Positions 48,533 to 61,529 of a DNA stretch of 64,000 bases are shown here, in pieces (the stretch's first letter is position 1; every line of letters begins with the position of its first letter). The DNA is taken from the NCBI RefSeq assembly GCF_009834535.1, contig NC_045696.1, positions 21,950,001-22,014,000 on the forward strand. Direction: 5' to 3'. The notes below the pieces were generated by a model. It saw nothing but the letters and a program-made list of their open reading frames with translations, was not told the DNA's origin and searched no databases. A program made the translations under genes and the position numbers. The DNA comes from Camelus ferus (Eukaryota).

Positions 48533-48882
48533 ATGACATGTGTAAAGTGCCTAATAGTCTGCTTATTGCTTAGAAAGCAATCAATCAATATTGGCTTTCA
48601 TTTTTAATATGCACTTTAGAATGTTGATATATTATTTTTCTGAAGCCTTTATGATCTGCCGGTGTAGACAGTAACAAAATCTTTTAAGTGAAAATGATCT
48701 TTACTGTGAGATTGGTCATTGCATGTTATCTGCCATTTGAAGAAAGTTTGGTATGCATTGAACAGCAATCTCCTGCCAACATTAAGGCAGAAAAGAAAAA
48801 TGCATCAGAAGCTAGAGGAAGCTAGAGAAGGTAAACACCCAGGGGTCTTGATTTTAACAGCACTGTCCTCAACCAAAGAGTT

Positions 48883-49212
48883 TGCAGTGTACAGATTATA
48901 CCCTCCCCAAATTCATATGTTGAAATCTTAGCCCCCAGTAAGATGAGATGTTAGGAGGTCACTGGGGCATAAGGGATTAGTGCCCTTATAAAAGAGATTC
49001 CAGGGAGTTCTCTCTCTTGCCTTCTTTCTGCCATGTGCAACTACAATGTGGAGATGGCTGTCTGCAACTTGGAAAAGGGCCTCACCAGAACCTAAGTATG
49101 CTGGTACCATGATCTGGAACTTCCTGCCTCCAGAACAGTGAGACATAAAATTCTCTTGTTTATAAGCCATCAAGTCTGTAGTACTTGGTTAATAGCAGCT
49201 CAGATTAAGACA
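48883..49212 (+). mobile_element. MaLR solo LTR (MLT1A0-like)
   Basis: ccccaaattcatatgttgaaatc..gggattagtgcccttataaaagag..gcctccagaacagtgag..taagaca. TSD gagtt/gagtg. Confidence 0.9.
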
Positions 49213-49787
49213 GAGTGTATTCATCCTAGTGACAGTGGTGTCTTTGATCCCCAGAAGGCCTCTCTGTTCATCAACATACATTTCTGTGATCCCTATAGAC
49301 AGCTTAAAGTGGAAGAGAGGATGTCTTCCACCCCACGGGGTTATGGGGCCCACTGGGGTCTGAGTGTTGGAGCCAGGGCTAAGGCAGAGGTCCCCTTTCT
49401 CGGGGGCTAAAATACCCACATGAAGTTCGTGGAGAACCCAGTGCTGGGCCACTTGCAGGTGTCCTGCTTCAGGGTCAGAACTTCATACGCCTCACATGTC
49501 TCAGAGCAACCATCTTACTATTCAAAGCCAACATGTAAAGTAAAGGCTTTAAAACTGAAGGTGAAAATTTTAAAAATTAAAGAAAGAAGTATGAAATACA
49601 AAAATTATAACAAAGTTAAAAAGAAACTGAAGGAATTAGAACTAAACTCTTCTCGACATCTTAATACTGGGATTTTATCTGTTAGGCGTCATTTCTACAC
49701 TCGCTTTAGCAGTAATTTTAGGTGGTTAAATAAGTGGGGGCACCAGGCAGATAGGTGGAGGAGGGGGAGAATGGGTCCAGAAGATGA

Positions 49788-50242
49788 TGTTATGCCTGCT
49801 TCCAGCATAAAGGAACTTCTTCTAAATGAGTGCCAGCAAGAAACCAGTTAGAACCCGACAGCCACAACTGTGCAGTAGCAGAAAGGACTCAACTGGACAC
49901 GACCCAAGGTTCATTGTATTATAATTAACATTGCAGTTTAGGGCCCCACCCCCTCATATGAGTTTTTCTGTGTGCACATGTGCAAAAGGGGCCAAACATG
50001 ACTAAGCATTCCAGGAACAAGAGCTGTCAATCAATCAAAAAACCACCTCTAAGCAAGTGTGTAAGAGAAAAGGGAGACAAAAACCACTGCTTTTCCTCCC
50101 TTGATCAGCCTGCCTCCCATTCTTGGGGTGTACTTTTCCTTTTTTTAAAATGAATCTTTTAAAATCTTTCACTACCCAGCACAACATCTCCCGACTGTAA
50201 ACTCATCTTTCAGATATGGGGTCTTTACCTTTTGGGGTAACA
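49788..50242 (+). mobile_element. ERV1-like solo LTR (left boundary uncertain, possibly ~49680)
   Basis: TGTTA...TAACA inverted ends and an ERV1-style gggtgtactttcc R/U5 segment. No convincing TSD. Confidence 0.5.
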
Positions 50243-51989
50243 GCAGCATGGAAAAATAATCTTTAAGGAAGACTAAAGAGCTAGGGTCAGTATTAAGTTT
50301 TAATCATTTAATTCATACAACTTGACAGTTCTAGAAAATAAGTGGGTGGAATCATGGAAAAAAGACTATATCCAGATATTTTCTATAAAAGTCACCTATT
50401 TTATAATTATTAAATTTGCTTTTGCTTTTGCTTTCCTGTTGCAAAGAAATGATAAAAGGGTTGAAGGAAATAATCAGCAGGAAGATGAGGCCAATTTCAT
50501 GGCACAAATTTTCCCCCTCCTGTACCTATGCCTTTTTAACAACTCATGAAGAACCAGCATATCACAGTGTAACACAGTGCAACAGGAGGACTAAATATAT
50601 CTGCTGGCAGCAGAAACAAGTGTCTGTTCAACAGCCCCTGAGTAATCCTTAGCATGATGGATCTGAATAAGCCATTACAGCTTTAACCGGTAAGTGAGGC
50701 ATGTCATTACACTGTATTTATAACAAAAAGAAAGACATCCTTATGGACCGTTTGCCTAGAGACTCATCCTCATGGGCTCTTTAAACACACCCCCTGGAAA
50801 GTTCCCCGTGTAGGCAGCAAGGCCAATAAAACTGAATCCTGGCACATTATCAAACTGTTATCAAAATTCCCTGAAGTGGGTGGTGGCCCTTGTTCTCAGA
50901 CACTCTGCCTCCATGGACTGAAAATGCCCTCTGGTTTTCAGTTCCACTATAGTCAATCATTTGGCTGTTTATTTTCACCCCGCACTACCTTACTCTGCAT
51001 GTGTTCTGTGGTCTCTGGTCACAAGCCCTGAACTTCTGCCCCTACTTTCCATGTTAGGTGGTGGCCTGGGCCCAGTGCTTCCAAATAGCCTCTCATTTCC
51101 TCCCTGGCCTAATCTTGGACTCTGACTCTACCACAGATTGGATTATTATTATCATTTTTTTTTTTTTTAGCTCATTTGGATGTTTCCTCTTTAAAAACCA
51201 AAGTAAAAAAAATAGAGTATGCTAAACTAATCTTTAGGATCAAGTTACACTCTATTTTTCAGGAAGTTCAATTTTGAAAGCTGAACTCTATCTCAGGGGA
51301 GAAAAAAAAGCTGTTTTGAGAGCAAGGTTTGGATTTTGAACTTTCACCCTTGTTATTTTTTATAATTAATATGAATATTTGTCACAGTGCTGTCAGCAGA
51401 ACCACATTTCCCTCTCCTGCCCAGGAGACCTCTTCAATAATTTATCATTGGTGTGGGGAAGCCAAGGAAGCCCTTTCTCCATAGAATGAGGAGAAATACT
51501 TTACAGAAAATCAGGTGAACCTTTTTCTTATTCCCCAAGGAAGCTTTTAACGTTCACAGAGACAGCTAATGTGTTTTTCTTATTTGAATGATACCATGGC
51601 AAAAATACAGATTAAAAAAAAAAAAGTGAATTCCTGGAACAAGAGACACAAATGGGAGCAGTAATAAGTAGCTAATTAGATATCCAGCCCAGTTAAGTAA
51701 CATATAGTTCCCAAAGTTCATGTAGGACTTCAGGAAACCAAAAAAGACAAGCAGAAAGCACATCCCATCCTAAAATACCTTAAGACTATCACTCTATCAG
51801 AATTTTATTACAGTCATATACTTCCTGCAGGCCAAGGGACAAGTCTGTGAGAGTCTTCTATACATTCAGCAAATATCTAGTAAGTTTCACCTTGTTGGTG
51901 TGTTTAGGAAAATCCTAAGACAGAAGGTGTTAAAATAAGACTCAATATCAGTTATGACTGAGGCCCTAAGTCAAAAATATAAATTAATC

Positions 51990-52060
51990 CAATACTGTAA
52001 ATCAACTATACTTTAATAAATAAATAAATAAATGAATGAATGAATAAATAAATAAATAAA
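51990..52060 (+). mobile_element. L1 extreme 3' tip with (TAAA)n/(TGAA)n tail
   Basis: aatactgtaaatcaactatactttaataaataaataaa... matches the L1 terminus seen at ~29125-29150. Confidence 0.8.
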
Positions 52061-52244
52061 TATATCAATTATTATCATGTTACAAATGGAGTGGCTAGAC
52101 CTCCAAAATATAACAATATTTGAAAAGGAGATGGTCAAAACCCAATTTTGCAACTTTTATTTTTGCACACACTTCAAGTGTTTTAAGAGGTTGAAAGTAG
52201 ATATTTGAAAGAGGTTTTTCTCTTGAAAAAAAGTGTTAGAGTGC

Positions 52245-52824
52245 TGTGGCTGCTTCTCTCTCACTTACTATGAAGGAGATGAGGAAATGTTTCTCTCCTC
52301 CAGCAGAGGTCCATTTGGAGAGGTTGATATGTGTCTCCTGATATGACCAGCTGGAGGCTGACCATCTACATCAAGAAACTGCTGGGAAGAGCTCCCTGGC
52401 TGAGAGGAGGTCTGCAAAGATCCCACAACCCACCATTGTCCATCTGCCCAGCCCAAAGAATGCTGACAGCAGGACTAATCAAGTAAAACCTTTCCTGCTC
52501 TCTTCGCCTGCATGATCCTGGTGGAATTGGAAACAGAGACAGCAAGAAAAGGAGGGAGAGAAAGAGACTACGGTGGGAGAAGCAGCAGCTGGTCACGACC
52601 CCTACTCCCTGTCCCCTGTGCAGGTTCTGGACTTCAGCAGACCTTCCCTGGGAAAAGGAAGCAGCTTTGATTTGAAACACATTTTTTGATTACTACACAT
52701 ATCTAGACATACCAACGATTGAAATGAGATTATTTGGAGATTTTTCTCCAGGGAAAGCAGAGTAACTAGTCCCAGAGTATGGATTTGAAGGCAAGATGGG
52801 AAACAAAATTGAAGTTGCATTACA
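52245..52824 (+). mobile_element. Possible ancient LTR (family uncertain)
   Basis: GC-richer ~580-bp block bounded TGT...TACA with a general resemblance to very old mammalian LTRs. Its overlapping ORFs show no recognisable protein similarity. Confidence 0.3.
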
Positions 52825-54588
52825 ACAATTGATGTTGTTAGTCTCATTTATTCAATGCTCTGGGTATAAAAATAATTCTTCATGTTTTACTCTCAGAATA
52901 AAACATATGTTTTCCTACAAGTCAAGGAAATGGTTTTATTTAAAGTTGATTTTTAAAGTAATATATATTTAGCTAATAAAAATTCTCTATTCAAACCATT
53001 TTTTAATCTTTAGATTCCTCTAGGATGTTTTGGTAGGAATCATATATCCAGAGTTTTCAGGTCCTCAGAGGTCTCATCCAAAGAGTATGTGAATTTCCTC
53101 CAGAAAGTCTGCAAAAGTAGTCAATTGATTAAATACCTCCAGGTTCATGACTTTGTGAAGCATTTCAGTCTTTGTTGGAGAGTTTTATTATTAAGAAAAT
53201 CGTTCTTCACATTAAAGATAAAATCTGAACATTCAGCCCTCCACTGCATTGTTTGCTTTGCAAAAATACACTTATATCCTTCAATTCCCAGTTCAAATCT
53301 CTCTGAGATTCTCCTCCTGCTCCCTGAGGGTCAATCTGATTCCCAGCTACTTCCCCACTGCGCCTCTATTTCCTTACACCATGCTGCTTAGCTCAGTGTG
53401 TTTCTTGGTTTAGGTCACAGCCTCCTCCTCCAGACTGAGCAGCATCTTCCTGCTAATCCACTGTACCAGGTCCTGCAGAGGATTCCAAGATAATCACACT
53501 TGGTTCCTGCCCTCAGGTTGCATTAGGTCCACAATGATAAAGCATAAGGACGTAGATAACTTTAACATAAGCTAGAAGAAAATAAGTGTCTAAGGGAGGT
53601 GCAGATTCCAGGAGAAACATTATTATTTAGTTTTTTCTGTCTTGCTAGAATTTCCTTTCTGTAGCCTCATTTCCTCCTAGGCTTTAGACGATATTTTACA
53701 TTCTACACTTCAATTTACCAACAATTGGCACTTGATCTTATCAAAAAGGATTTTTTTTTTCTAGCTTGAGGAAGAGTAACCAAATCAGATGCCACATAAC
53801 ACATACAAAGAATAACAAGTCATTCAGTTCAGTAGAAGCCAAGGAGGAGATAATCAGGTGATCATGTTGAAGCAGTGGGCATAGCCAGGGTACAAAAGGT
53901 CTTGAACACAAAATATACTGGACACTTCAACCTCATTTGGAGGTCAGCAATGTGAATGAGATTTGGGGCCCCAATTCTCACTTCAGAACTTGAAGGAACC
54001 GATTCCTTCACCCAGTGCTTCAGCAATCAGGCCAAAAGCATTGAAACCCAGTCTTGGCTGATTGGGTGCTCTCCAGAAAGACCCTGAGGGAATGACCCAA
54101 GAAGGTAGGGATGGTTAGAAATAATTAAGATGGTGGTGACAGGAGAGGCAAGAGACCCGCTTGCACAAGAGCTGGGATTGTTACCTAGTGTTATTCAAGG
54201 ATGTGATTTCCTAAAGAATATCAAATTAAAAATTTCTTAGGACTAATTCTCAATTATGTATTCAACTGATATTTCTAGACTCTAACATGCTTAAATTCAG
54301 CACTGAAAATCACCTGAACTATTTGAAACTGTAGTGGAAATGTTACTGTATAGTGTGTAAAGATATAACTAAATATCCTTACACACCAGCATACTGGCTG
54401 AAGGAAAGTTTCTCAGTTTGTACACAGGAAAAAAAGGATAAAAGATTTATATAGCAGAGTTGGCAGGAAAATATCTTCAGCTTTTAAGACATAAAACTTA
54501 CAGAGAGTCTCACTGTGCTTTTCCCAAGCATTACAGCTAAGTGTGAACAGAGACAGAAACAGAGGCAGAAAGACAAAGAGACACGTGA

Positions 54589-54630
54589 GAGGAGAGGAGA
54601 GGGGAGGAGAGGGGAGGAGAGGGAAGGGAG
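54589..54630. repeat. (GGAGA/GGGGA)n polypurine repeat
   Basis: gaggagaggagaggggaggagaggggaggagagggaaggga. Confidence 0.9.
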
Positions 54631-54780
54631 TATATAGATTTTTTTTATTTTATATATTTTATTTTTACATTAAATAAATGTTATTTTACAATATTTTATA
54701 TATTATATTTATATTCTTATAAACACTTACACATATAATATAACGGTTTGGCTATAATTAAAAATAAAATCAACTATAGG

Positions 54781-55288
54781 TGTGAATGAACAATACTGCC
54801 AGCCATATCAGTAAACAAAGGATGCTCTGGCCATCAAGTCATCAGCTGCTACCGGCACCCCTGAGAGTGAGCATGGGAAAGTTAGGATGCAGACAAGCAG
54901 GCAGCCCAGCCTCTGCTGCCACCCCCGACGGTGCACCCTGAGGGAACTCAGGATGAAGAACAGGATACTGGCCCTAGATAGCTACTTGCATATCAAAGGC
55001 ATGATTTCAATAAACCCAGACCTTTGCCCCTTCCCATAGGTACAAAAACGTTAAATTCTTTAACTTGAGATATCTGGTTTTCTTTAGTTAACAGTAATCT
55101 TTTAATGTTCCAAATACCTGGTCTTTCTTGTAAAAACTTCTATCTATCCTGGCTCCTCCCCTATCTCTTGGGAGCAGTCCCTCAGAGAGATCTGAAAGGC
55201 TGTCATCCCATGATCAAGTCCTCGGAAATGTCTACTGAATGAAACCTAACTCTCAACTTTCAGGTTGTGCATTTTATTTCAGTCAACA
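54781..55288 (+). mobile_element. ERV1-class solo LTR (cetartiodactyl type) with 4-bp TSD
   Basis: TGT...CAACA, 508 bp. Perfect TSD TAGG at 54777-54780 and 55289-55292 (4-bp TSDs are typical of class I ERVs). Internally duplicated U3 motif (gctgc..cccc..ggga..aggatg). Confidence 0.9.
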
Positions 55289-56044
55289 TAGGGAACAATG
55301 GCATTTTATGAAGAGTTTTAGGGGGCTTGAATCCCATGACATAGGACTCTCCAAAGTCCTATGTACTGATCGTTATTCTCTTTAGCAAGGACCACAGGGG
55401 AGCCACAAAGAGCACTGTAGTAAACAAAGGTCTTATTAAATTTTATTGTACACTTCAATAAATAAATAAATTAAAACTTTTAATAAAAATTTTTAAAATT
55501 TTAATCTGCACTCTGTCTCTTGCTATGTTTACCAAGAAGAATCAAGAAGCTTCCAGAAATGTTTATCTGTTTACTCCCAAGTTCTTCTTTAATTCTTCAT
55601 AAATGGAACCTTAATTAATGAGTTTGTAAAATACTCAGTTTAGTCCATAGCACCTATTCGTTTTTGAAAAATGGAATGTATTTACTGGGGTTATAAATAA
55701 CCTGAAGAGCCTTGAATTGATTGACATATTGTGGGCTCTTTCATTAGCTGAAAAGAGTTTGGCCCTTTCATTGCAGGATAATATAAAATAAAATAAACTC
55801 AAGCAGATTCAAATCCAAACACATGGCACTGCCTGTGTTTCGTTTTGTTACATTTTTGTTTTTTTGACATTAAAAAAAAAAAGATTAGATAAATAGCCAC
55901 TCGATACCATTTTGAAACTCTAATATAAATCTTGTTAAGATGTGTGTTCCTCAGAGTTTTAGAGCACTTAAATAAACACAGTCTAAATGTGCAGATGTGG
56001 GGGTGGAAAGGAACTCTCTAAGTCCTCCTACTCTATTAGATAAA

Positions 56045-56205
56045 GCCACAGAACTTGAGAGTTGGGAGAAACTCAACGTCTTCTTCATCAACACTTCAGT
56101 TTTACAGATGAGGCCCAAACAGAAATAAGTGATTTCATCAAACTCCCACCAAAGGGCCCTAAACAGCCTGGACAGATGTTCAGGTAAGTGGTCTTCCTAT
56201 AAGAC
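56045..56205 (-). mobile_element. MIR/MIR3 fragment
   Basis: cacagaacttgagagttgg..ttttacagatgagg..aagtgattt. Confidence 0.65.
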
Positions 56206-58590
56206 CATGCTGTGTCCAGTCTTCACCTCCATCTTGCTCTTAAATATAAAACCAAGGCCTTAAATAGTTTCCAAGTCCTTAAAAAATATTTAAGCAAAAA
56301 CAATATTTACAACATAGAAACTCAAGGACTGATAACCCCATCCATACTATTTTATTTTCAAATTCTTCCTTTTTTCAGCTCTAACAGGTATTCAACAAAG
56401 ATTATTCTTCTCCAGTGTAAATTTGCATGTAAGTTCTCCAATGTATATTTGGTGTTGAATCTTTACAAGGCATGGGTTAAAACGTCCCATAGGAAATAAT
56501 GGCCAATAAAGCAACTAGCTACATCCAGGTAGATGGGGCAGGCCCAGCTGAACTTGAAACCTGTGCAATCAGTGGAATTTGAATCTCACGCTGTATCAAC
56601 AAACTTAGCAAGATCCATGACTTCCTGCACATGAGTTATTCCTAAAAACACCAAATGTTCCATTTTCTCATGACTTCGCACACCAAGAGGATTCAGGTAA
56701 GGTAAAACTTAATGTTTTCTGCAACTGCTAGAAATTTTCATCCTCTACACTGTGCCAATAAAATTGTTTTATAATTATATTTTACATAATGCTTTTTTTT
56801 AGGGATTTGGATGCAGATAAATGACTTCCTTTGAGGCCAGATGCCTTGCATTCACATCAAAAGGTTTGCCCCAATGCACTCCTCCTCCCCTCCCCACCCA
56901 CCAAGTTGCGTCTTTCTCAGAGGCATGAAGCAAGGGATGGGTTATAAGTACAATGTCAGATGGCTTATGATTTGTTTTAATAACCAGCAGTGGGATGCTT
57001 GTTATTCACGTTAAACACATAATAGACAAAGCAGGTGGTGCAGTTTTTGTTCCTGATAGATCATAAGAGACTGAAATATAACAATGTTGTACTCTACAGT
57101 ATGTTTCCCCTCAAGCTCTCTCTCCAGAATCAAAGAAAATTTGTGTTATTGTGATTTAAAAACTGCATGTGTAGCTCTTTGCTTTTTTATTAAGTCAGTG
57201 TTAGAAGAAAACCGATTATGAATACATATTGCTTTTTAAATGTTCTTCCTTGGCAAGGGTCTGGATGGATGCTCTGGTTACCTAGGAGATGAAGACAAAG
57301 TGAAAATTGATTGATTTATCAAATTGATTGTGAGCTGAGCTTCAAGTGGCAGCTGTGTGTGCTGCACACAAAATGTAGCTGCTTGGAAGTGATTTTTTTT
57401 TATTTGTCACATCAGTAACAACGCCACATAGACTATTAGGTAGAATAAAGTGGCTATATTTTATTAGAAAATGCAGTATTGAATGATTATGCTAATGATT
57501 ACAGTTGGAAAGATATTTTTTAAAAGTAATTCTGGCCTCGATGTTTGTTTTAATGTGTCACTAAAAATGACTGCATTGATGACAATAGAATTCTATACAT
57601 GGTAGGAACCCTGCTGCTGGCTTGCTTTTTAATAATAATAACCCTGTCTTCTGTTGGCTGAGATTGGGCTAGTGGGAAGGAAACTTAATGGATCTTACTG
57701 TAAAAGCAGCTATAACCTCCACCCCCTCTATTCCTCTATTCCTCATGCAATTTTCCTATACAACTAGGCAAGGCAAGCCATAGACAAAAAAAAAAATGTC
57801 ATTTTCTGAGTTCTCCTAACTTCTCATAAAGATCTTCTCTCTCTTTAAAAGACCACATCTATTCCTCCAATTTTGTCATTTTCTGTCCTCTCTACCAATC
57901 ACCCCACTATAAAAACTGCTGTGTCCAATGTCTAATAATGGTCAGGGTCTTGCTCTTACATAACAATCCAGATGGAAATAATCTGCAAATTGAAATGTTA
58001 CTAAGTTATAATAGTCTAAGGGGTTATTCCTCTAAGAGTTATTTTCATTCTATTGGAAACAGAGTCTTAAACCAGAAGAATGGACTTCTAACAGTGGAAG
58101 ATATTCTCTCCTGGGAGACAAATGGTCCATAGGAACCCTCCTTTTTGCTCCTTAATTCACACCCTGTAAGTCACCATAAAATTGCAACATGTGAGCCAGA
58201 ACAATTTATCTCAGGAACTAATTGAAAACTAGACCAAGAAAAGAAGAAGGAAAAACAACTGGAATTTTCCCTCTCTCACTGTAGAAATACCATTCTCCCA
58301 TGACCGTGTGATTCTATGAGAACTTCCAGTTAATGCAGCATTGCCAGGTTTGCTACTAATTGGTGGAACCGAACAGGTAAGTAAATCCCAGAATGATGAG
58401 TGGTGGAATTGAGGAGAAGATAACTTAATGCTGGAAATAGCAACTGTCCACAAAGTAGTACTCTTGATATAATGAAGAAAGTTTGCTAAAAAGGCAATAA
58501 AACAAAATGTTGGATTAAAGGGAAGAAAAATATAAGATTTATATATACATATATATATAATACATATTATATTATACATACATATACATA

Positions 58591-59053
58591 TAATTCAGCT
58601 ATAAAAAAAAAAACAAAGGAATCTTGCCATTTGTGACAACATGGATAAAACTGGAGGGCATTACGCTAAGTAAAATAGACCAGACAGAGATGAATACTGT
58701 ATGATATCACTTATATGTGAAATCTAAAAAAAAAAAGGTGGGAGGGGGACAGGTTGGAGAAAGGGGATAAACTTTCAGTTATAAGATAAATAAGCTCTGA
58801 GAATCTGATTTATAGTATGGTGACCATAGTTAACAGTACTGTGTTGAACACTTGAAATTTGCTAAAAGAGTAGATGTTAAGCATTCTCACAAAAAAACAA
58901 AAAGGAAACTACGTGTTGAAGTCTTAAACTGATTTGATTGTTGGAGTCATTTCACAATGCATACACACATACACCAAATCATCATATTGTACATGTTAAC
59001 CATACTACAATTTTATTTATCAATTATACATTGGTAATGCTAGAACAGAAAAA
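58591..59053 (+). mobile_element. L1 3' end (L1MA9-like)
   Basis: aaggaatcttgccatttgtgacaacatggata..tttcagttataagataaataag..cttgaaatttgctaaaagagtagat..tcaattatac. Confidence 0.9.
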
Positions 59054-59175
59054 GATAAAACACACACTAAAATGAGTCAAGACAAAAAAATCATATGCAA
59101 AAGGCAAACAATAAACTGAAAAATATTTTAATTATATATTTGATTAAGGGTTAATATCATTACTGTATAAAGAAA

Positions 59176-59350
59176 TTTTTTATCAAAGTATAGTTGATTT
59201 ACAATGTTGTGTTAGTTTCAGGTATACATCAAAGTGATTCAATTATACTAATATATATAAAATAGATAAACAACAAGGACCTACTGTAGAGCACAGGGAA
59301 ATATATTCAATAACTTGTAATAACCTATAATGGAAAAGAATCTGAAAAAC
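59176..59350 (-). mobile_element. Short L1 3' end with 5' inversion
   Basis: Antisense tip 59176-~59248 (aagtatagttgatttacaatgttgtgttagtttcagg) joined to sense-oriented upstream 3'UTR ~59249-59350 (aacaacaaggacctactgtagagcacagggaa..gaaaagaatctgaaaaa). Confidence 0.85.
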
Positions 59351-59955
59351 AAATCTTACAAAGTATATTTTAAAAATTCCAACAAAAAAGTGGGCAAATA
59401 CAGTAAGCCAGAAATCCATAAAATATGAAATACAAATTGGCACTTAATAAGTGAAATAAGCCAATCAGTAGTAAAGGATATACAAAGTAAGCAAAATTTA
59501 AGATACTATGTTTTGTCTCCTTGATTAACTAAGATAAAAAAAACCAATAATAAAATTTAGTTTGGGTGAAGATGTAGGGAAATGAGATATCTCAAGCACT
59601 GCAAAAGTGGTATAAACAGCTACAGGAATTTTGGAGGAAATTTTACAACTTTTACCTAAAACTTTAAGTGTGTATACCTCCTAACTAGAAAATATCATTT
59701 TTATAAATTCATTCCAAATAAATAACCAGACAAATTCACAAAGTATATGTATGAACATATTTCTTAAAATAATCATAAACAATGTAAAAGAAAAATTATG
59801 TAAATACCCTAAAATGGAGACTTTATTAAATGGCATATAATATACTCACACAATGTAACATTATAAGGCCACTATTAAAAGTTAATACTGATTTTACTGT
59901 TATAGCCATGGAAGGATATTTATAACACAGTTGAAGTTAAAAATGAAGCAGGTTA

Positions 59956-61529
59956 AGTAGCATTTTTTACAGACAGAAAAAACAATTCAAAAATTCATAT
60001 GCAACTACAAAGGGCCCCAAATAGCCAAATAAATCTTGAGAAAAAAGAACAAAGCTGGAGGCATCACACTTCCTGATTTCAAAATATATTACAAAGCTAC
60101 AGTAATCAAAACAGTATGATACAGGCACAAAGACATATAGTCAGAAGAACAGAATAGAGAGCCCCAAAATAAACTTATGCATATAGGATCAACTCATTTT
60201 CAATAAATGTGCCAAAAATACACAATGGGGAAAGGATAGACACTTCAACAAATGGTGTTGAGAAAACCGAATATCCATCCACAGGCAAAAAAATGAACTC
60301 AACCTTTCTTCTACAACACACAACAATCAACTCAAAATAAAGACTTAAACATAAGACCTGGAACTATAAAACTCCTAGAATAAAGCATAGGGAAAAAGCT
60401 TTATGACATTGGTCTTGGCAATGACTTCTTGGATGTGACATCAAAAAAGCAGAGGTAACAAAAGCAAAAATTGACAAATGGGGTTACATCAGATTTAAAA
60501 GCTTCTACTCAGCAAAGGAAATGATCAACAAAATGAAAAGACAACCTATGGAATGGGAGAAATATACAAACCTTGCATCTGATAAGAGGTTAATATCCAA
60601 AATATATAAAGAATTCTTACAACTCAATAGCAAAACAACAAATAACCCAGTTAAAAAAATGGGTGAAGGAGCTGAATAGACATTTCCCCAGAGAAGACAT
60701 ACATATGGCAAATAAGTATTTGAAAAGATGCTCAACATCACTAATCAGGGAAATGCAAATCAAAACTACTATGAGATATCACCTCACAGTTGTTAGGATG
60801 GTTATTATCAAAAAAAAAAAAAAAAACAAAACAAAAGACAGCAAATGTTGATGAGGATACGGAGAAACTAAAATGCTGTTAATGGGAATGCAAAATGATG
60901 CAGCCACTATGGAAAATGGTATGGAAGTTCCTCAAAAAACTGAAAATGAAATTATCATATGATTCAGCATTCCTACTTCTGGGTATTTATCCAAAAGAAT
61001 TGAAATCAGTATCTCAAAGAGATATTAGCACTCCCATGTTCATTGCAGCACTGTTCACAACAGCCAAGATCTGTAAACAACCTAAATGCCTATTAATGAA
61101 TGAACAGATAAAGAAAATGTGGTACATACATACAATGGTGTATTACTCACCCTTAAAAAAGGAGGAAATCCTCCTAGATGTAACAACATGAATGAAACTT
61201 ATGGACATTATGCTAAGAGAAAGAAGTCAGTCACAGAAAAACAAATACTACATGATTCCTCTTAAATGACAAATCTATTCAAACTCACAGAATCAGAAGT
61301 GGAATGGTGGGTTCCAGGTGTTGACAGTAGGAGGAAAAGGCAGGTGCTAATCAATGAGCATGAACTCTAGAGATCTGCTGTACAGTGCTGTGCCTAAAGT
61401 TAAAACACTGTTTTGTACACTTAAATATTTATGAAGATGATAGATCTCACGTTAAGGGTTCTTACCACAAATTTAAAAAATAATAAAATAATAAAATAAA
61501 ATTTTAAAAATTTTAAATAAAAAATGCCT
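59956..61529 (+). mobile_element. L1 (L1MB-class) ORF2 C-terminal part and 3'UTR
   Basis: ORF2 remnants ([58 protein letters not shown]). TSD aaaaat(g/a)aag(c/t)aggtta at 59939-59955 and 61533-61549. Confidence 0.92.

Noticed and set aside
49420..49851. Longest ORF in the track (143 aa)
   Set aside because: It has a low-complexity Lys-rich middle from A-rich DNA, runs into an LTR-like element, and shows no recognisable domain or supporting splice structure.
60663..61191. ORFs with clearly protein-like sequence (also 27126-27395 and 62696-62878)
   Set aside because: They are fragments of L1 ORF2 in truncated, frameshifted copies, not host genes.
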